Positions 24,049 to 37,200 of a stretch of DNA of 64,000 nucleotides are shown here, in pieces. The notes under the pieces are model-generated. The model was given only the letters and a program-made list of their open reading frames with translations, had not been told where the DNA came from and did no database searches. Location of the stretch: positions 8,893,318-8,957,317 of the forward strand of contig CAJINV010000005.1 in assembly GCA_905178155.1 (NCBI GenBank), read 5' to 3'. Both the position numbers and the translations under genes were made by a program. Each line of letters starts with the position of its first letter. Position 1 is the first letter of the stretch. The DNA is from Amoebophrya sp. A120. Taxonomy: Eukaryota > Protista > Dinoflagellata.

Positions 24049-26013
24049 AGTCTGCGCCTGGGTTCGCTGTTGGGCTCGTTCATTGCGGCGCGCATAACCC
24101 GCCTTTGCTTCCGTTCGTTGGCCGTGGTGGTCTTCTTGGTTCTGCCCTGCATGTAGTCCTCGAGGATCTTTATATTGTGTTAATTTAAAAATTTTTGCTA
24201 CAGATCGATATGGAGAGGAAATAGATGTTCATACGAGCTGATTTACGTTGCAATACCACCACGGCGTGGCTCAGATCGATCGCCCTTGCAGGGGCGCAGC
24301 CTGCGCCCCGAGAGGCCTGGACAGCCGCAGCACTGCGACACTGAAGCCACTTCATTAGCATTTCCCCCAAAAACAGGGGGAATTTTAAAATTTTAATTGC
24401 CAAGGGGGCGCGCGACATCGCGATTTTTCAAATTTTGCGATAGTCCCCCCTACTTCGGGGACCTCGTTTTACCGTTTTTCACAGCAGGAAGAGCACGCGA
24501 GGCCGGCCGACCCCGGCCACGAAACCTGCTGGCAGGTGCATTCATCTTTCCCCCCTAGAGGTGAAATCACGCTCGTCAGAATCTACATTGGCTACTCGAG
24601 CCTGGTAGGGCAAAGCCCTGTCGAGGCCCCATCTGAGGCTTTCAGTGTCTAAACATGGGCGCCCTCTGCCGCCCATTCTGTTTCTTCCTCGCGCGCATGG
24701 GAGCTCTGTCCCATGACTAACAAGCGCGCGCTGCCGCTATCGGAGGAGTTTCCCCATGCAGTCTTTATCAATATGCTTCTGTCGGTGTCGCCATCCGCAT
24801 CAGATACACTCTGAAGATGACGACGCCGTAGCCAGGATCCTCCCGCCCGTGGCTGGCGGCTAGATCGGAACTCACGGCCGAACATCGTTGGGGGAACTGG
24901 CACTATTTTTAGCCAATTAGGAGCGCGCGACTTTACCAAAGAAAAACTTCGATCCCGGTACATCAGGACCTGGGCCCATTTAATGCCGATTCTTCTGATC
25001 GTTTTCAAGCAATTTGGCGTCTTTCAGAGGCTCAACCAATCGCGCGAAAACGCATCTTACGATGCGACTCCTAGATGCGAGAGGGCAGCGCTTGCTGCGC
25101 TCGACGCGCACGTGCGCGCGCGACTCTTCGCGCCTGCGCACGTGCTAGAGGCGATCGATCTTGCGACTAAAATTAGCCATAATCTAACAAGTGAAGCGAG
25201 AGCTTTTATATATTGTTCGCATGTTTCCACAAATGCTTTGTATAGGTTTTGTTACCCGTTTGCTTTTTGCCTGCTATTATCTTTTGCGCAGTTATGCACT
25301 ACACGACATCACTTGCCTCTTCTTAAATTTTACGAATATTTTTGCATGCTTTACCTCTTTCCCTTCGGACAGATCCGAAGACTTTCGCCGCCGTTTTCCC
25401 GCTGCGGGTTTATTCGGTGGAAAAACACCCCCACCGCCGCGCTCGCTGTGCTAGCTCGCGACTATAGTGCGCCTGTGAATAATACTCCCGGTTGGGCTCT
25501 GGGGTGCTAGCAAAGCACGGAAAGCCTCCGAGCTTCCCAGCCCGCGGCGAGACCAGGGGGCGGGGGCGTTTTTCCTCTTCCTAAAATATCTCCCGAGCGC
25601 ACGACGCCAGGCCCGGGCTAGTCGTCGGGACTGGTCTCGACATGGCTATAATAATTCTAGTGCTCTTTATTATGTGCTCTGGTCGGTCAGCGCATTTTAT
25701 TTACTGATAGCGTATTCTAGTCAATCAGGTCTATTTATAGCATATTCTAGGTAGCCATGGTAGTTTCATGATGCTCATCTTCTTCCGCCCCCACCGAACC
25801 GCAAACCGTTTCAGCTTCCTCCCCACGTTCGCGCCTGCGCCCGATGCTGCGCCAGTGCCGGGGGTTTGGGCGGGATCGGCAGATTTTTGGGCGGGATCGG
25901 CTGTTGGCTGCGGAGATTTCTTTTCCTGCGGATAAAGATATCAGACTTTAGGTCTGGTAAAAACGCCTTGGCCAGCTTCTGTGCCTTCGACTGCAGCTCC
26001 GGCTCCTTCCAGA

Positions 26014-29000
26014 TTAGGCGACCAACAAAATCGGCGAAGGCCTTGTGCTGCGTCTGCTGATGCTGGTGCAACGATCCGGAGTGCGAGCTTCTGCCAGGTA
26101 AAGGTATCCAGGGGTCAGCTCAGGAGCTGGCTTGAAGGAGGATCCACTTCCGGGCATCGTTCCTGCGCCTGCTTTCATAAAGTTGTTACCCATCATGATA
26201 CTCCCAGGTCCACCACCAGATGATAGAAAGCCGCCCGCCGCGCCACCGCCGCCGGCAGGCAAGAAAGACGTCGACGCTCCACTTCCGCCTCCGCCCCCGC
26301 CGATCATCGCGTCCTCAGTGGCAGATTGGGACTTGTGGACCAGGGACAATATTATCTGCACCAGTTTCAAGCCGAACATGAGGAGCACCGGTTTGATTTT
26401 CTGGAAACATGCAAGGACCACCATAACAAATTGCACGCATCCTTGTGCCAGACCCGGACATATCCTACGCAAAACAAGCATCATTGAAGTCACGCATTGC
26501 AAACGTTTGCTTTTTCTCAAGGTTAAGGTAAATCAGCATTACAAATTCTATGTCTCATTCTGAGGAAATAATTTGTAGAGCATTTATACGATACTTATTT
26601 TGCAGCTCCTAGGAAGGACATACTTGCAGTTGATAAACCGACCGCGCGGGCAATCGCAAGGACTCTTCCGGCAACTTGTTCCTCGTGCCGTTCCCGCATC
26701 TTCGCCAAAAGTCCTTTCGCGCGATTTGGTGAGTGCCCAAACTTGCAGTTTTGCGCCAAAAAAGCCAGCTGCCACAGCTTCAACCGCCACCCTCGAGCGG
26801 ATGCGGCATCGCGCTTCGCTTCCGCCGACTATGAGAGTGCACAACCCCCCCTACCCCTCATCTGCAGAGCATGAACAGCAATACAAACGCCAGCACGTGT
26901 GCATGCTGTGCATGACAACCTTATGCACAGACTGATGTGCTGTTTGGGATTTCTGAATTTGTCATGCAAACAGTTCTACAAGGCAGCAGCTGGATGGGGG
27001 ATTTTGCATTACAAATGAGAGGGAGAGGGAGTTGCGCACTTCCATATTATTCGGAAGTGTTTGTCCAGTGGTCGCGGATACCGGAGAATTTTTCCAGAAC
27101 CTCGCGCGCCAGAATTCCCCCCCAGAGACGTTTATGCAATGCTAATTTGTTTGCATCTGAAAGATTCTGAGACTTGTCATGCACGTTTTGCATGAGCTGA
27201 AATGTTTCTGTCTGTAATGCATCCCGTAGCACCACAGATCTTTTGAGGGCTTCTTGATACCTATTCCGCATGACAAATGCCGTGCTCCCTGGAATTCGGC
27301 ATGACAAATGCTTACTCCGCATGACAAATGCCTACAGATTTTTTTGGAATCCAAACGCAGCTTTACAAGTTGCGTTCTCCCAGACCCAGATATATTTGCG
27401 GGCGATATCGCTGCGTTCTCTTGCGTTGTTGCTCCGTTTCAGAACCTCGGCCAGCGAAGAGGGGAAACAGACGAAATCACTCGCGGAGGAGCTGCTGGAG
27501 GTGCTCGTCCCTGTGATAGAACTCGCAGCGCCCGTCGAACTCACTTCCATACTCGTACTCCCACCCGTGCCGGTCGAAAATCCAGCTCTACCCCCGCCCG
27601 GGCCGGTGCCTATATTTGCAGTGCATACCTCCCCGTCGGAACCAAAAGCGGCGTTGAAGGCCGGCTTGTAGAACAGAATGCCCCCCGGGATGAATGCACT
27701 TCCGTAGAGGCAAAGTTTGAAGGAGAGTGTGCCCTCCTCGAGGTTCACGGCGTGCACGTCTTCTTTCTGGTACAACTTTATCGTTCCCGAAGTCACCTCG
27801 GCGTTGAGCCCGCGCGCAACGTTGTTCATGTCAGTGCCAGCACGTCGGCTGCTGGCGCCCCGACCTGCGCCCATGTGTGTGCCTCCTGCTGCGAAGGCGG
27901 AAGTGCTCGGACCGCCGAACAGCGAGCTGGCGCCCAGCCCGAGAGACTGCTCCAATGGTCCGCCGGTATGCAAGAAAAAAACTGTGTAAGTGTAAACTTG
28001 TGTTGCAGAAGATGCAACAGAGTTACACCTGTCATGCCAGACAGCCACGAAGTCCTCTTTTCATGTTTGTTTTCCTTTGCAAACCATGCATAACAGGTTT
28101 TTTCTGTCATGTAGAGCAAATTTGTGACGCTGTTCCTCAAACAAAGTTACACTTTCACACTTTTTTTCCTGGATAGCCGGCGAGCACCATGTAGTGAATC
28201 GGAAACGGCAAATTGGAACGCAGCTGGATCGTCGGCTGCAGAAACAGGGTCGACTGCACGACAGAGCCACTACGGTCCTGCAAGGGGAGCTGTTCGCAGT
28301 CGAGCGTGGCATTATCAACTGCAAAAATGTCTGGGTCTGGAAGGATGCGAATTTGTGATGTGTGTTGCGGATCATAGAGAAATCAGTGTTGCGTGACTTG
28401 CAAAAGGTCCCCATTTCTGGCCATGCTGAGAGGGTATCTCTCATGCAGTATAGGCATCACCAAGGGTCTGCAGAACCTGTGACGCGAGGCCCTGCATTCC
28501 AGATTTGGTGGAACTTGGAAAAACTGCATGACAAATCTCGGAATCTTCGAGACCCAGACATTATAGGCATACATGTGGAACCACTCCGGTTCTTCCTGCT
28601 GTTTCATGTTTCGCCGGGCGCCGGGAGCTATGCAAGAAAAAAATTATGTGAGTGTACGTCTGTGATGCAGGAAGTGCTACTCTACTCGTCATGCTGCACC
28701 CGCGTCATAGGCTACTTTAATACCTGTTTCCATGTACTAGCGTGCGCATGACAGATTTCTCTGTAATGCAAAACGAACTTGTGATGCTGCTCTTCCTACA
28801 AAGTTACACATACACAGTTTTTTTCCTGGATAGGAACGCTGTCCTCGTCGTCACTGTCGTTATCCTGTGCAAAAGTATCGTGCTCGTATGGCAATCATGC
28901 ATTACAAATCTCTTTTTTAAGGGAAACCCGCATTACAAATTTCACTTCTCATGCTGAGGAAATTTGATGTAATGCATTTATACGAGTACGATACTTTTGC

Positions 29001-30170
29001 AGTCCATAGTCGTCGCTGCTGGTCGATATCCAAGAAAAAAATTATGCTCTGTGTGAAATGTTGCAAGACAAAGAAACTTTTGCACTCGTCGTGATGCTGA
29101 GTATCCTCGTCGTAGTTACATTTCATGTGCAAGGGAAGCACTACAAAGCTCCTCTTGTGTATGTTGCGAATAAAGTTAAGTACTCACGACACTACTAAAC
29201 ACAGCTTGCTCATTTTGGATTTCATTTTCCTGGATAATCGAGGACGAGGAAACATTTTCCGATCCCCTTTCCTATTAAATGCAAAAGTGTCTGGGTCTGG
29301 AAGGTTCTGAGACTTGTCATACACATTTTGCATGAGCCATGATGTCTGTGATGCATGCCCTAGCATCACAGATTTTTTCGGGGCTTCTTGATGCCTATTC
29401 CGCATGANNNNNNNNNNNNNNNNNNNNNNNNNNNNNNNNNNNNNNNNNNNNNNNNNNNNNNNNNNNNNNNNNNNNNNNNNNNNNNNNNNNNNNNNNNNNN
29501 NNNNNNNCAGAGGGACTGGCTCCTGGTGGTCCTTGGTTCTTTTTGAAGGCCACATTATTTTTTTCCTCATACAACCGTACCTCCGGGTGTTGTGCTGTTG
29601 CCTTTTCTCCTCCTCCTCCGCGTGAGGTCACGCTGCTGTCCCCTTCCAGTATCCCGCGAAAAAGCGTCCCCAGCTCGTAGTTGTCATGCAAATCTGCATG
29701 CGTAAAATGTTTCTCATGCGGAGCCCCATGCGAGTCATTTTCTAGTCGTTTTTTGGAATTTGTGACGCTTCGATCGGCATAGTGTGCTGAATCTGTGACG
29801 CTGCTGAGCTAACTAGTACACAGGACTACACTACGAGGCCAGACCTGTCATGCGCAACAACCAAAGCTCGCCGATTTGTCTAGCAGATTTCCCTTCTTGA
29901 CTCTGGAGTGAGTACGTTTTCCTTCAGGATATCCAGAAAAAAATTGTTCGCGTTTGATAAGCTGTCCTGGTCGTCAAAGTCCTCGTCTAGCCTCGGCAGG
30001 GCAAACCGTTCCAACGGCGAAGCCCGCTTGTTCGGCTCGAATTTCTTGGATTTTTTCCCGAAAATAAACGAGGTTCTGCCCGAGGAGGAGGAGTGGGAAG
30101 TCGTCGAAGAGGAGGTGTTGGATGTCGATTGGTTGTGGGAGGAAGGGTTGGTGGACGAGGAGCCGACCAT
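26014..30170 (-). CDS. Multi-exon gene with a VPS13 VAB (SHR-binding)-like repeat; spans a gap, 3' end uncertain
   Basis: The spliced product contains TLFLQPTIQLRSNLPFPIHYMV and SGTIKLYQKEDVHAVNLEEGTLSFKL, resembling VPS13 adaptor-binding repeats. In-frame joins at 29650, 29027, 28861, 28629, 28313 and 27967. Frame below ~27100 is ambiguous. Confidence 0.5.
26391..26635. mobile_element. Family A remnant with a family D element nested in its right TIR
   Basis: gccagacccggaca|[26461-26615]|ggaca tacttgcagttgata; outer DR CACCG/AACCG. Confidence 0.65.
26830..27046. mobile_element. Introner family E
   Basis: tatgagagtgcacaacccccc ... gagggagttgcgcacttccata; DR decayed. Confidence 0.78.
27133..27407. 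mobile_element. Introner family A (degenerate)
   Basis: Interior matches 39804-40066; DR ACGTT/TCGCT. Confidence 0.78.
27967..28175. mobile_element. Introner family F
   Basis: F TIRs; perfect DR GCCGG; in-frame join VLAG-GPLEQ. Confidence 0.92.
28313..28565. mobile_element. Introner family A (right TIR shortened)
   Basis: Perfect DR GGCAT; in-frame join FHMYA-TLDCEQ. Confidence 0.85.
28629..28832. mobile_element. Introner family F
   Basis: F TIRs; DR GGAGC/GGAAC. Confidence 0.9.
28861..29008. mobile_element. Introner family D
   Basis: D TIRs; perfect DR GTCGT. Confidence 0.92.
29027..29236. mobile_element. Introner family F
   Basis: tatccaagaaaaaa ... ttttcctggata; DR GTCGA/ATCGA. Confidence 0.85.
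29273..29407. mobile_element. Introner family A (right end in gap)
   Basis: Left A TIR; interior matches 39804-40066. Confidence 0.8.
29408..29507. other. Assembly gap (100 N)
   Basis: N run. Confidence 1.
29650..29931. mobile_element. Introner family B
   Basis: B TIRs; perfect DR TCCAG; in-frame join NFFL-EGDSS. Confidence 0.9.
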
Positions 30171-31209
30171 CTTGCGAAATTCTTGGGTGAGTGTAGTTTT
30201 GTGGAGAAGGAAAATCAACTTTGTTGCACTTGCAGCAACCTACGCATGCTAGAAAAGAGCAGACTCAGTTCTCGTCGCAGGTCGTGAGCCAAGTGCTCCT
30301 GCTGTGCGCTCGTTCACCTCGCTTTACGTTCTTGTGCCACTCAAATGAAAGTTTTCGTTTTACTTCCACAGCATCTCTCTCCTCCAAGAAAGATTGTGCC
30401 TCACCGGTCCAGACCAGACACTCACTTCGTGCCTTCGTGTTGAAGAAGGAAAACAGAATGAAAAAGCATACTGAGTAAATACCAATGTCGTGAATATGTT
30501 TCGACATTCCTCAATAGATAAGCATGCATTCGGCAGGAGGAATAGCAACGAGCGTTCTGGACAAGACCAATAGCTGCGAACGCATCGCCTCATCTACGAA
30601 AAGGTCTTGCCGTTGAACTACCGATACGGGTACGAACATTCCGTCTACGAATGTTGTGACGAGGCATAGGGTGGTCTGTTTTTTTTCCTTAGTCAGGGCT
30701 TCAATAGGATGAGCTTAGTGTTGTTGTCGTCATGGTCGTTTTTCGTTTTTTTTTTTTCCCTTCGTCTTCCGAATAAAAATGTCGTCTTCGCTTTATGTTT
30801 GAAGACCTTGAGCAGGAAGTCTGGTGCTGTTCTATCACCATGCTCGTCGTCCAAAAAAATCAGTAGATAGTTGTCCAACAGATTCAACATCAAGAGATCC
30901 AACACATGGCTTCTGTAGTTCTGAGCGATTTCAAGAAGCAAAATTTAACTTCTGACTTTTCACTTATCACACACCAGGAGCTACTTTAGGACAAGGGCGA
31001 CAAGTTCTTTGCCTTGTGCTCCTCGTCGCTTTAAAAAGACTAAATGGACAGCTCCTTCGATAGAGCAGCAGACGACCGGAAGGAGATCAGCGTAGTATGT
31101 AGCAAAGCATCACAAGAACACTTTCTTCTCACCAACACAAGAAGCGACGTCGTTCTGTAGCAAACTATCTAAACCATGATAGTGCTGTACAACTATATCC
31201 CTTGATAAT

Positions 31210-34200
31210 TCAAGTTGTACTTTTTTTCGTGGATCTCCGCTTCTTGCCCGCCGGCTCGCTTGTGGTTTCCTTCGAAGTATTCGATGTCCCCGCGGTGAGA
31301 TTCTCCTTTTCCTTCGACGCATTTCTCGTCCGTTTCGACGACGTGTTTTTCTTGGCAGCACCCATTCCCGCGTTGATGCGCGTATTTTGCACCAAGAACC
31401 CGTCCTCCTCCTCCTCTTCCTCTTCCATGTTGTTCTCGTCAATCGTCGGCAGTGCCAGCGCCTGCCGCGCATTCCGCCGTTTCGCCGCAGGCGTGGCTTT
31501 TCTTGGTGGTTCGTTTTTACTGCAATTATTTCCAAGCGCATTTTTCTTCGCTGTTGGCGTGAGTGGTGCGATGTCCTCTAGCAATTCCTGGGATGCGTTA
31601 CTATGCTCCAAATTTGGCGTGAACCCGGTGTTCTTCCCGGAGGTGAGGGACGCGATCTTGTTGAAATTCAATTGCGGGGACGTCGGTCGAAGAACTAACA
31701 ACTCCCGACTGTTGTTGACCACGGAAAAATTGCTGTTTTGGGAGAATTCCGACGGCGATTCGGCGAAGGGGTTGGATTTTGTGCTGTTGTAGGGATAGTT
31801 GTTGTTATCGGAAGAGGACCCGGAGGAGTCGTTTTGACCACTACTTCCCGTCACCTTATTCGTCAACTTCTGCCACAAACTCGGCTTAGAACCGTTCTTG
31901 TATATTCCCGTTGTTCCGCTGGAAGAGCTGCTGGACGCTCCTCCTGCTGCGCTCTGCCCTCCCGCCGCGCTCATCGAGGCCATAGGGGAAATCCGGGAAA
32001 ACAGACTACCCATCACCCCGCCTGCTGAACTGGAACTCGACCCGCTAGTTGTGCTCCCGTTCCCCGGTCCCGCTGGGTTGACGTGGTTCGGTAAATTGTC
32101 TAAGACCGAAGTGTATGCACTGCAAAAGTATCGTAGACTAGTTCTAGTATAAATCGCATGACAAATTTCCTCACCATGATGACACATGAAATTTGCAATG
32201 CGGGTTTGACTTGAGAAGGAAATTTGTAATGCATGATTGTGATTCTTAGTACTAGTACGACACTTTTGCAATGCATAAAGTATCTGGTTCGCCGGAGAAG
32301 GATTGGAGCAGCCCAAGCGCGTCTTCACTTATCGACTTGGAATGCTTGTTCAGAAACGGATTCACGCCCGCCAACGTCCCCGACCCGGACACTCGTTGTT
32401 CTATCCTGTGTAAAAACATCCCCACCCCAGAGTTGTCATGCAGATTTGCAATGACAGAACCATTTGTGATGCGCATCCCCATGATAGGCATTGCCGATCG
32501 TGTTTTGGAACTTGTAATGCTGTAAACAGGATAAGCCGATGGATTTGTAATGCGACTTCCCTTGCTAAACTGCACTACGCTAGAGCCTTCGACCTGTAAT
32601 GCATGATTCCAAAACCTTCGAGGTTTGTGTTGCAAAATCCCCATCTTGACTCTGGGGTGCGGACGTTTTTCTTCAGGATATGCTCCTGCAGCATCTTCAC
32701 CGTCTCCTCGTCTTCCTTCTTCGATTGCAGTGTCAGTTCAAACAGGTGCTCGCGGATTTTCATGCCACGTTCGGCTTCCGTTTCCAGTTTGGAAATGTCC
32801 TCCAAAAACGTTTCCGTGACGGTTTTCTGGTTCATCTTTTTCGGCATGTGGATCTTGCCCGCCAGCTTGCACACCCGGGAATTCTTCAGCACGTCCGCGA
32901 GTTCCTGGGCGGTTATTCGTTCCGCGGGGTAAAATTGGAGGCATTTTTTGATGATATCCTCGAGTAAAAACTGCTTCATGCTGCTGTCCCACGGGCCCTG
33001 TTGCGGCATCTTGCCATGGTGGGGCTGATCGCTGTTGTCCAGCTCCTATGAAAGTGCACAATTTCCCCTCCCCCTTTTTGTCATGCAAAACCCCCAATCC
33101 ACTGTGTTCCTCTTGGCACTCTGTGCATGGCAAGTTCTGGTAGCCCAAATAGCACTACACTCTAGTGTAAATTTGTCATGCAGAACCGGCATTCTTGCTG
33201 ATGCTTGTATTGCCGCTCATGCTTTACAAATGAGGGGGAGGGGGAGTTGTGCACTGTCATAGTTCCCCCGAGTCCGCGATGTTGCTGCTATCAGCAAACA
33301 GCTGGTCCGGGCTAGAATATGCATTGCAAATATCTCTGCGTCTGGAAACTTGTGATGCGAGTCAGTCAAGAATAAGTGCACTGTAAAGCACCGCTAAGCA
33401 TGACAAGTTTTTTCGTGTTTCTGTGCTGCGTATTCCGCATGAGAAATGTCGTTTTTGCATGACAGACAAGAGGAGGTCTTCGTGGCCACGCAATACAGAG
33501 TTCTGAGTCATGCCAAACTAGCATGAGAAGTCTCGCAATCTTCCAGACCCAGACATATTTGCATTCGATATAGAAGCGGCGTCGTCGATGTTGGAAACGG
33601 AGGAGTTAGTGAGGGACTGTTTTTTGTCGTTTCTCGTGGTGGACTTGCTGCTCTGTTTATTCGTCTTCTCGTTCGCAGGCGCACAGAGGTTGTCCAGCTG
33701 CTTCTCCAACGCCACCCACTTCTTTTTCACCCAACTCGCCTCCTGCGTCGCCAACTGCTGGATGTTGTGCACGCCGTAGGTGATTCTTTTCCGGCCGAGT
33801 TTCGTCTTAAACGCCGTTCGGTTTATCGAGTACTGTCTCGCGAGGATCAAGTGATACGGGTTGGTTTCCGCGAACATCGAGCTCGACTCGTTGTTGCACA
33901 CCAGCATCTCGTAGAACACGCACCCCAGCGCCCAGATGTCGACGGGGAAGGAGTAGGACTCCGTGGTTTCCATGATGAGTTCCGGTGCCAGGTAGGACTT
34001 GGTCGAGCACTCCCGTCCCCCCGTCATGTGCTTCTTCGTCGACCTGGCCATGCCCAAGTCCGCGATGATGGCGTTTTGGTTCTTCGCATCGTAAAAAATG
34101 TTTTCCCGCTTGATGTCGCGGTGGAGGACCTGATAATTTTTATTTTTTTTTTAAAAATACAAATCACAAAAATAACGCAGCGAAATATCACATAGACAAC

Positions 34201-37200
34201 TTCAGATCGGAAAAGGAAATGATCCAGGCTCGTCGTCCTTGTTCTATCGCGGCATCGTATTCGTGGTTCGTAAGTGCCATCTGACCCCTTCGCCTTTCGG
34301 CTCCAGACTGCTTGCCCCTTCTCGTCGCGACATGCTACAGTTGTTCACATGGTCAGCAGGCGGTGAGTCACACCACCGAGTTGCCTTCAATCTCGCTGTG
34401 CAAGAGAGTCGACAACTGTAGTGATGCAACAGCACAGGCGCTGCATTGCTCTTCCTTTTTTCGGTGGTGATTCTGTACCTGATCCGAGTGGCCCACTGCC
34501 CCGCCCCTCACGCCTAAAAAACTAAGCCTAAAGGTCGGGAAATCTCGAATCACAATTGCGTGAGTTTTGAAGAAGCAACTTTTGGGATCCTGTTTTGCCA
34601 TGACATGCATGACTGGGCGCAGCGCGATGTTGATGGTCCTACTGGGCTCTTTTTGGAAGAATTGCTACAGGAGGAAGGCAGAGAAGGGGGTAGTTGCTGA
34701 CTTGTATTTTCACTTCGAGTCCGGCTCGAAAAAGTAAACGCATGATGAGAATATTCAGAAACTACCCCCAAGCAAGCCCTCTGAGATGCACGGCTGCGCT
34801 TTTTACGTAGCAGCAAGCCTTTCCCCTTCCCCCTGCAGTATGCTTCTTTGTTGCTTTTTAATTCTTGTCAAAAATGCTCTTTGGTATTGTCGGCGTGGGT
34901 TTGGAGACAGTGTGGCAGCGTGACTCCTGAGACCTTAGAGGGGTGAGGCAACATCAACCCTCCTACACAGTCGAGCATGAGTGAGAACTTCAACACCGCA
35001 GCAACTCAAGGAAGGGAGCAGAAGCCGGGCGAAGAAATTCACACCCGAACTTTAGGTCTCCTGTTTTTTTTTTTTGAAAAAATGTTTTCCCGCTTGATGT
35101 CGCGGTGGAGGACCTGATAAAAATTTGCATGATTTGTTTTAAAATGCGTGCGCCGTTTTTTCTGGTAAAGTGAAAGTAATATGAGGTCTCTGTAATGCGA
35201 AAATGAGGTTGAGAAATCACGACCTGTCATGCATAAGAGTCTGTCCAACAAAAGCCGAGACGTTACCCAGGTAACGTCGACGAAATTATGCATGCATGCC
35301 CACCCACCCCCCCGTTACTCGGCCCACGCCAAGAGGGAATTCATATAGTCGAGTAGCAGCGCGGGTAGGCGGTGTACGGCTCGGCCCCACCAATGCAAAA
35401 CGCTGACAAACAATCGCTGCGCGCCCTGTCGTGTGGCAGGCGCTATTCTGTTCGGGCCAGGCCAATATTGATACGCGCTGCGAATTCCTTTTCGTATCGG
35501 GCGCACGAAGCGCGACACCAAAAAAATTTGGCGCGCTGCGCGCGCTTTCGTATTTCCCTGCCCTGCCGCTGCGTTGCGGGTGGCGCAAGTTTTTACTCAA
35601 GTGGCGCCGCGCGTCGGAGGCTGTGCAATTTTTCACTTCGCGCTGCGCGCGCCGTCACGTTTTCAATTCCCTTGCGGGCGATGCGGCTCTGCTGCAATTT
35701 CTCAGCACAAAAGGGGGGCTTCCTGACTTGCCCCTGCGCGAGCCCGCGCCGCGCGCCCTCATATTAGTTAGCTTCGCCGCGAGGCGCAGCAGGGCGAGCC
35801 CCCCTCGCCCCAGTTCCTTTCGAATATTTTCCACGCGCTGCGCGCGCCCTCGTAAAAAATGTTTTCCCGCTTGATGTCGCGGTGGAGGACCTGATAATTT
35901 ATTTGGGACGTCCAAGGAATCAAGTTGGTCAAATTGTTGGAATCAAGTTGGTCACTGGAATCAAGTTAAATGGACTCAAGTTGGATCCTGGAATCAAGTT
36001 GACTGGAATCAAGTTGGGTCCTGGAATCCCGTTGCGTGGAATCAAGTTGATCCCGGGAATCCCGTTACGTGAAATCGCGTTGCGTGTCCCGTTTCCGCCA
36101 GAAGCAAAAGCACTGCGCGGGTCCCGTTACTTCCGCTGCCAAACGTTATTCACCATGCACGCGCGTGGCGAAAGCTCTCATAGATGCATGCGCGGTGGGT
36201 AAAGATCTCAGAGATCCCCCCGGGGCGGCAGGCATCTGCTCCCCCGAAGCGAAAGAAATTGCAGCCCTGCCGGCACCAACGAGCGGAATTGAATTCCTGG
36301 CTTCATCACGGAGGACAAAACCCCGGGTCTCCCCAGAAGGGAAAGTTCCACGCTTCGGGACCCCCGCCTACCTTTACCGAAGGCCGGCCCGCCTTCCGAC
36401 GGGCCATACATGTTCCGGGCCCCCGGGGCCGGCGTGGATGTGACGAGGCCCGGGGATACAAAAGAAAAAACCTGGGCCGGGCCCCCGGCGCAAAAGCTGT
36501 AAGTATACGCACGCAGCCCAAACGGCAACTTTGCGCGCTTCGAAACCGAATCCCAAACGCCTCGGCGAGCCCGGGCACAGAAAAACCCCGAACAACCCAC
36601 GTCGCGCAGGAGGTGTAAATAAGCTCGGGCCATTCAATCCCGAGAGCCAATCAAGCTGCGGACCTTCCGCCGGGGAGCGACCCGCCAGAGCTTCCGAAGG
36701 CGAGACATCCGGGGCTGCCGAAGCCAAAGAAGCTTCGGAGCCTCCGAAGGTGAAAGCTTCGGCGCTTCCGAAGCTAAACGCCCCGGATCCCCCCAAGGCG
36801 ATGAAGCGGGCGAAGTTGGCAAATGCCAAACACCTGAGGCAAAGCCTCGGCCCCTTAGTGCTGCAGGCGGAATAAACCCCGGACATCGGGAAGACAAGAC
36901 GGAACTCCCTGAGAGGAGAACCGTGCCAATCCCCAAAGAGACCTTCCGAAAGAGGCGAAATAGAATCCCCGGAGAGAACTGCCGAAGGACAAGGAAGGCG
37001 AAATGGAGGCCCCCGAGACACCTTCCACAGGAGGGCGAAATGGAGTCCCCTGAGACCGCAGGAACGCGAAACGGAATCCCCCGAGACTGACAGACACCAT
37101 CCCGAGGAAGGCGAAGTGGAAACAGAATCCCGAAAGCAATGCCATTGCCTTCCCTCGCAAGATCCATCCGTCCCTCTCAATGGGTCTCCCGAGAGGAGGC

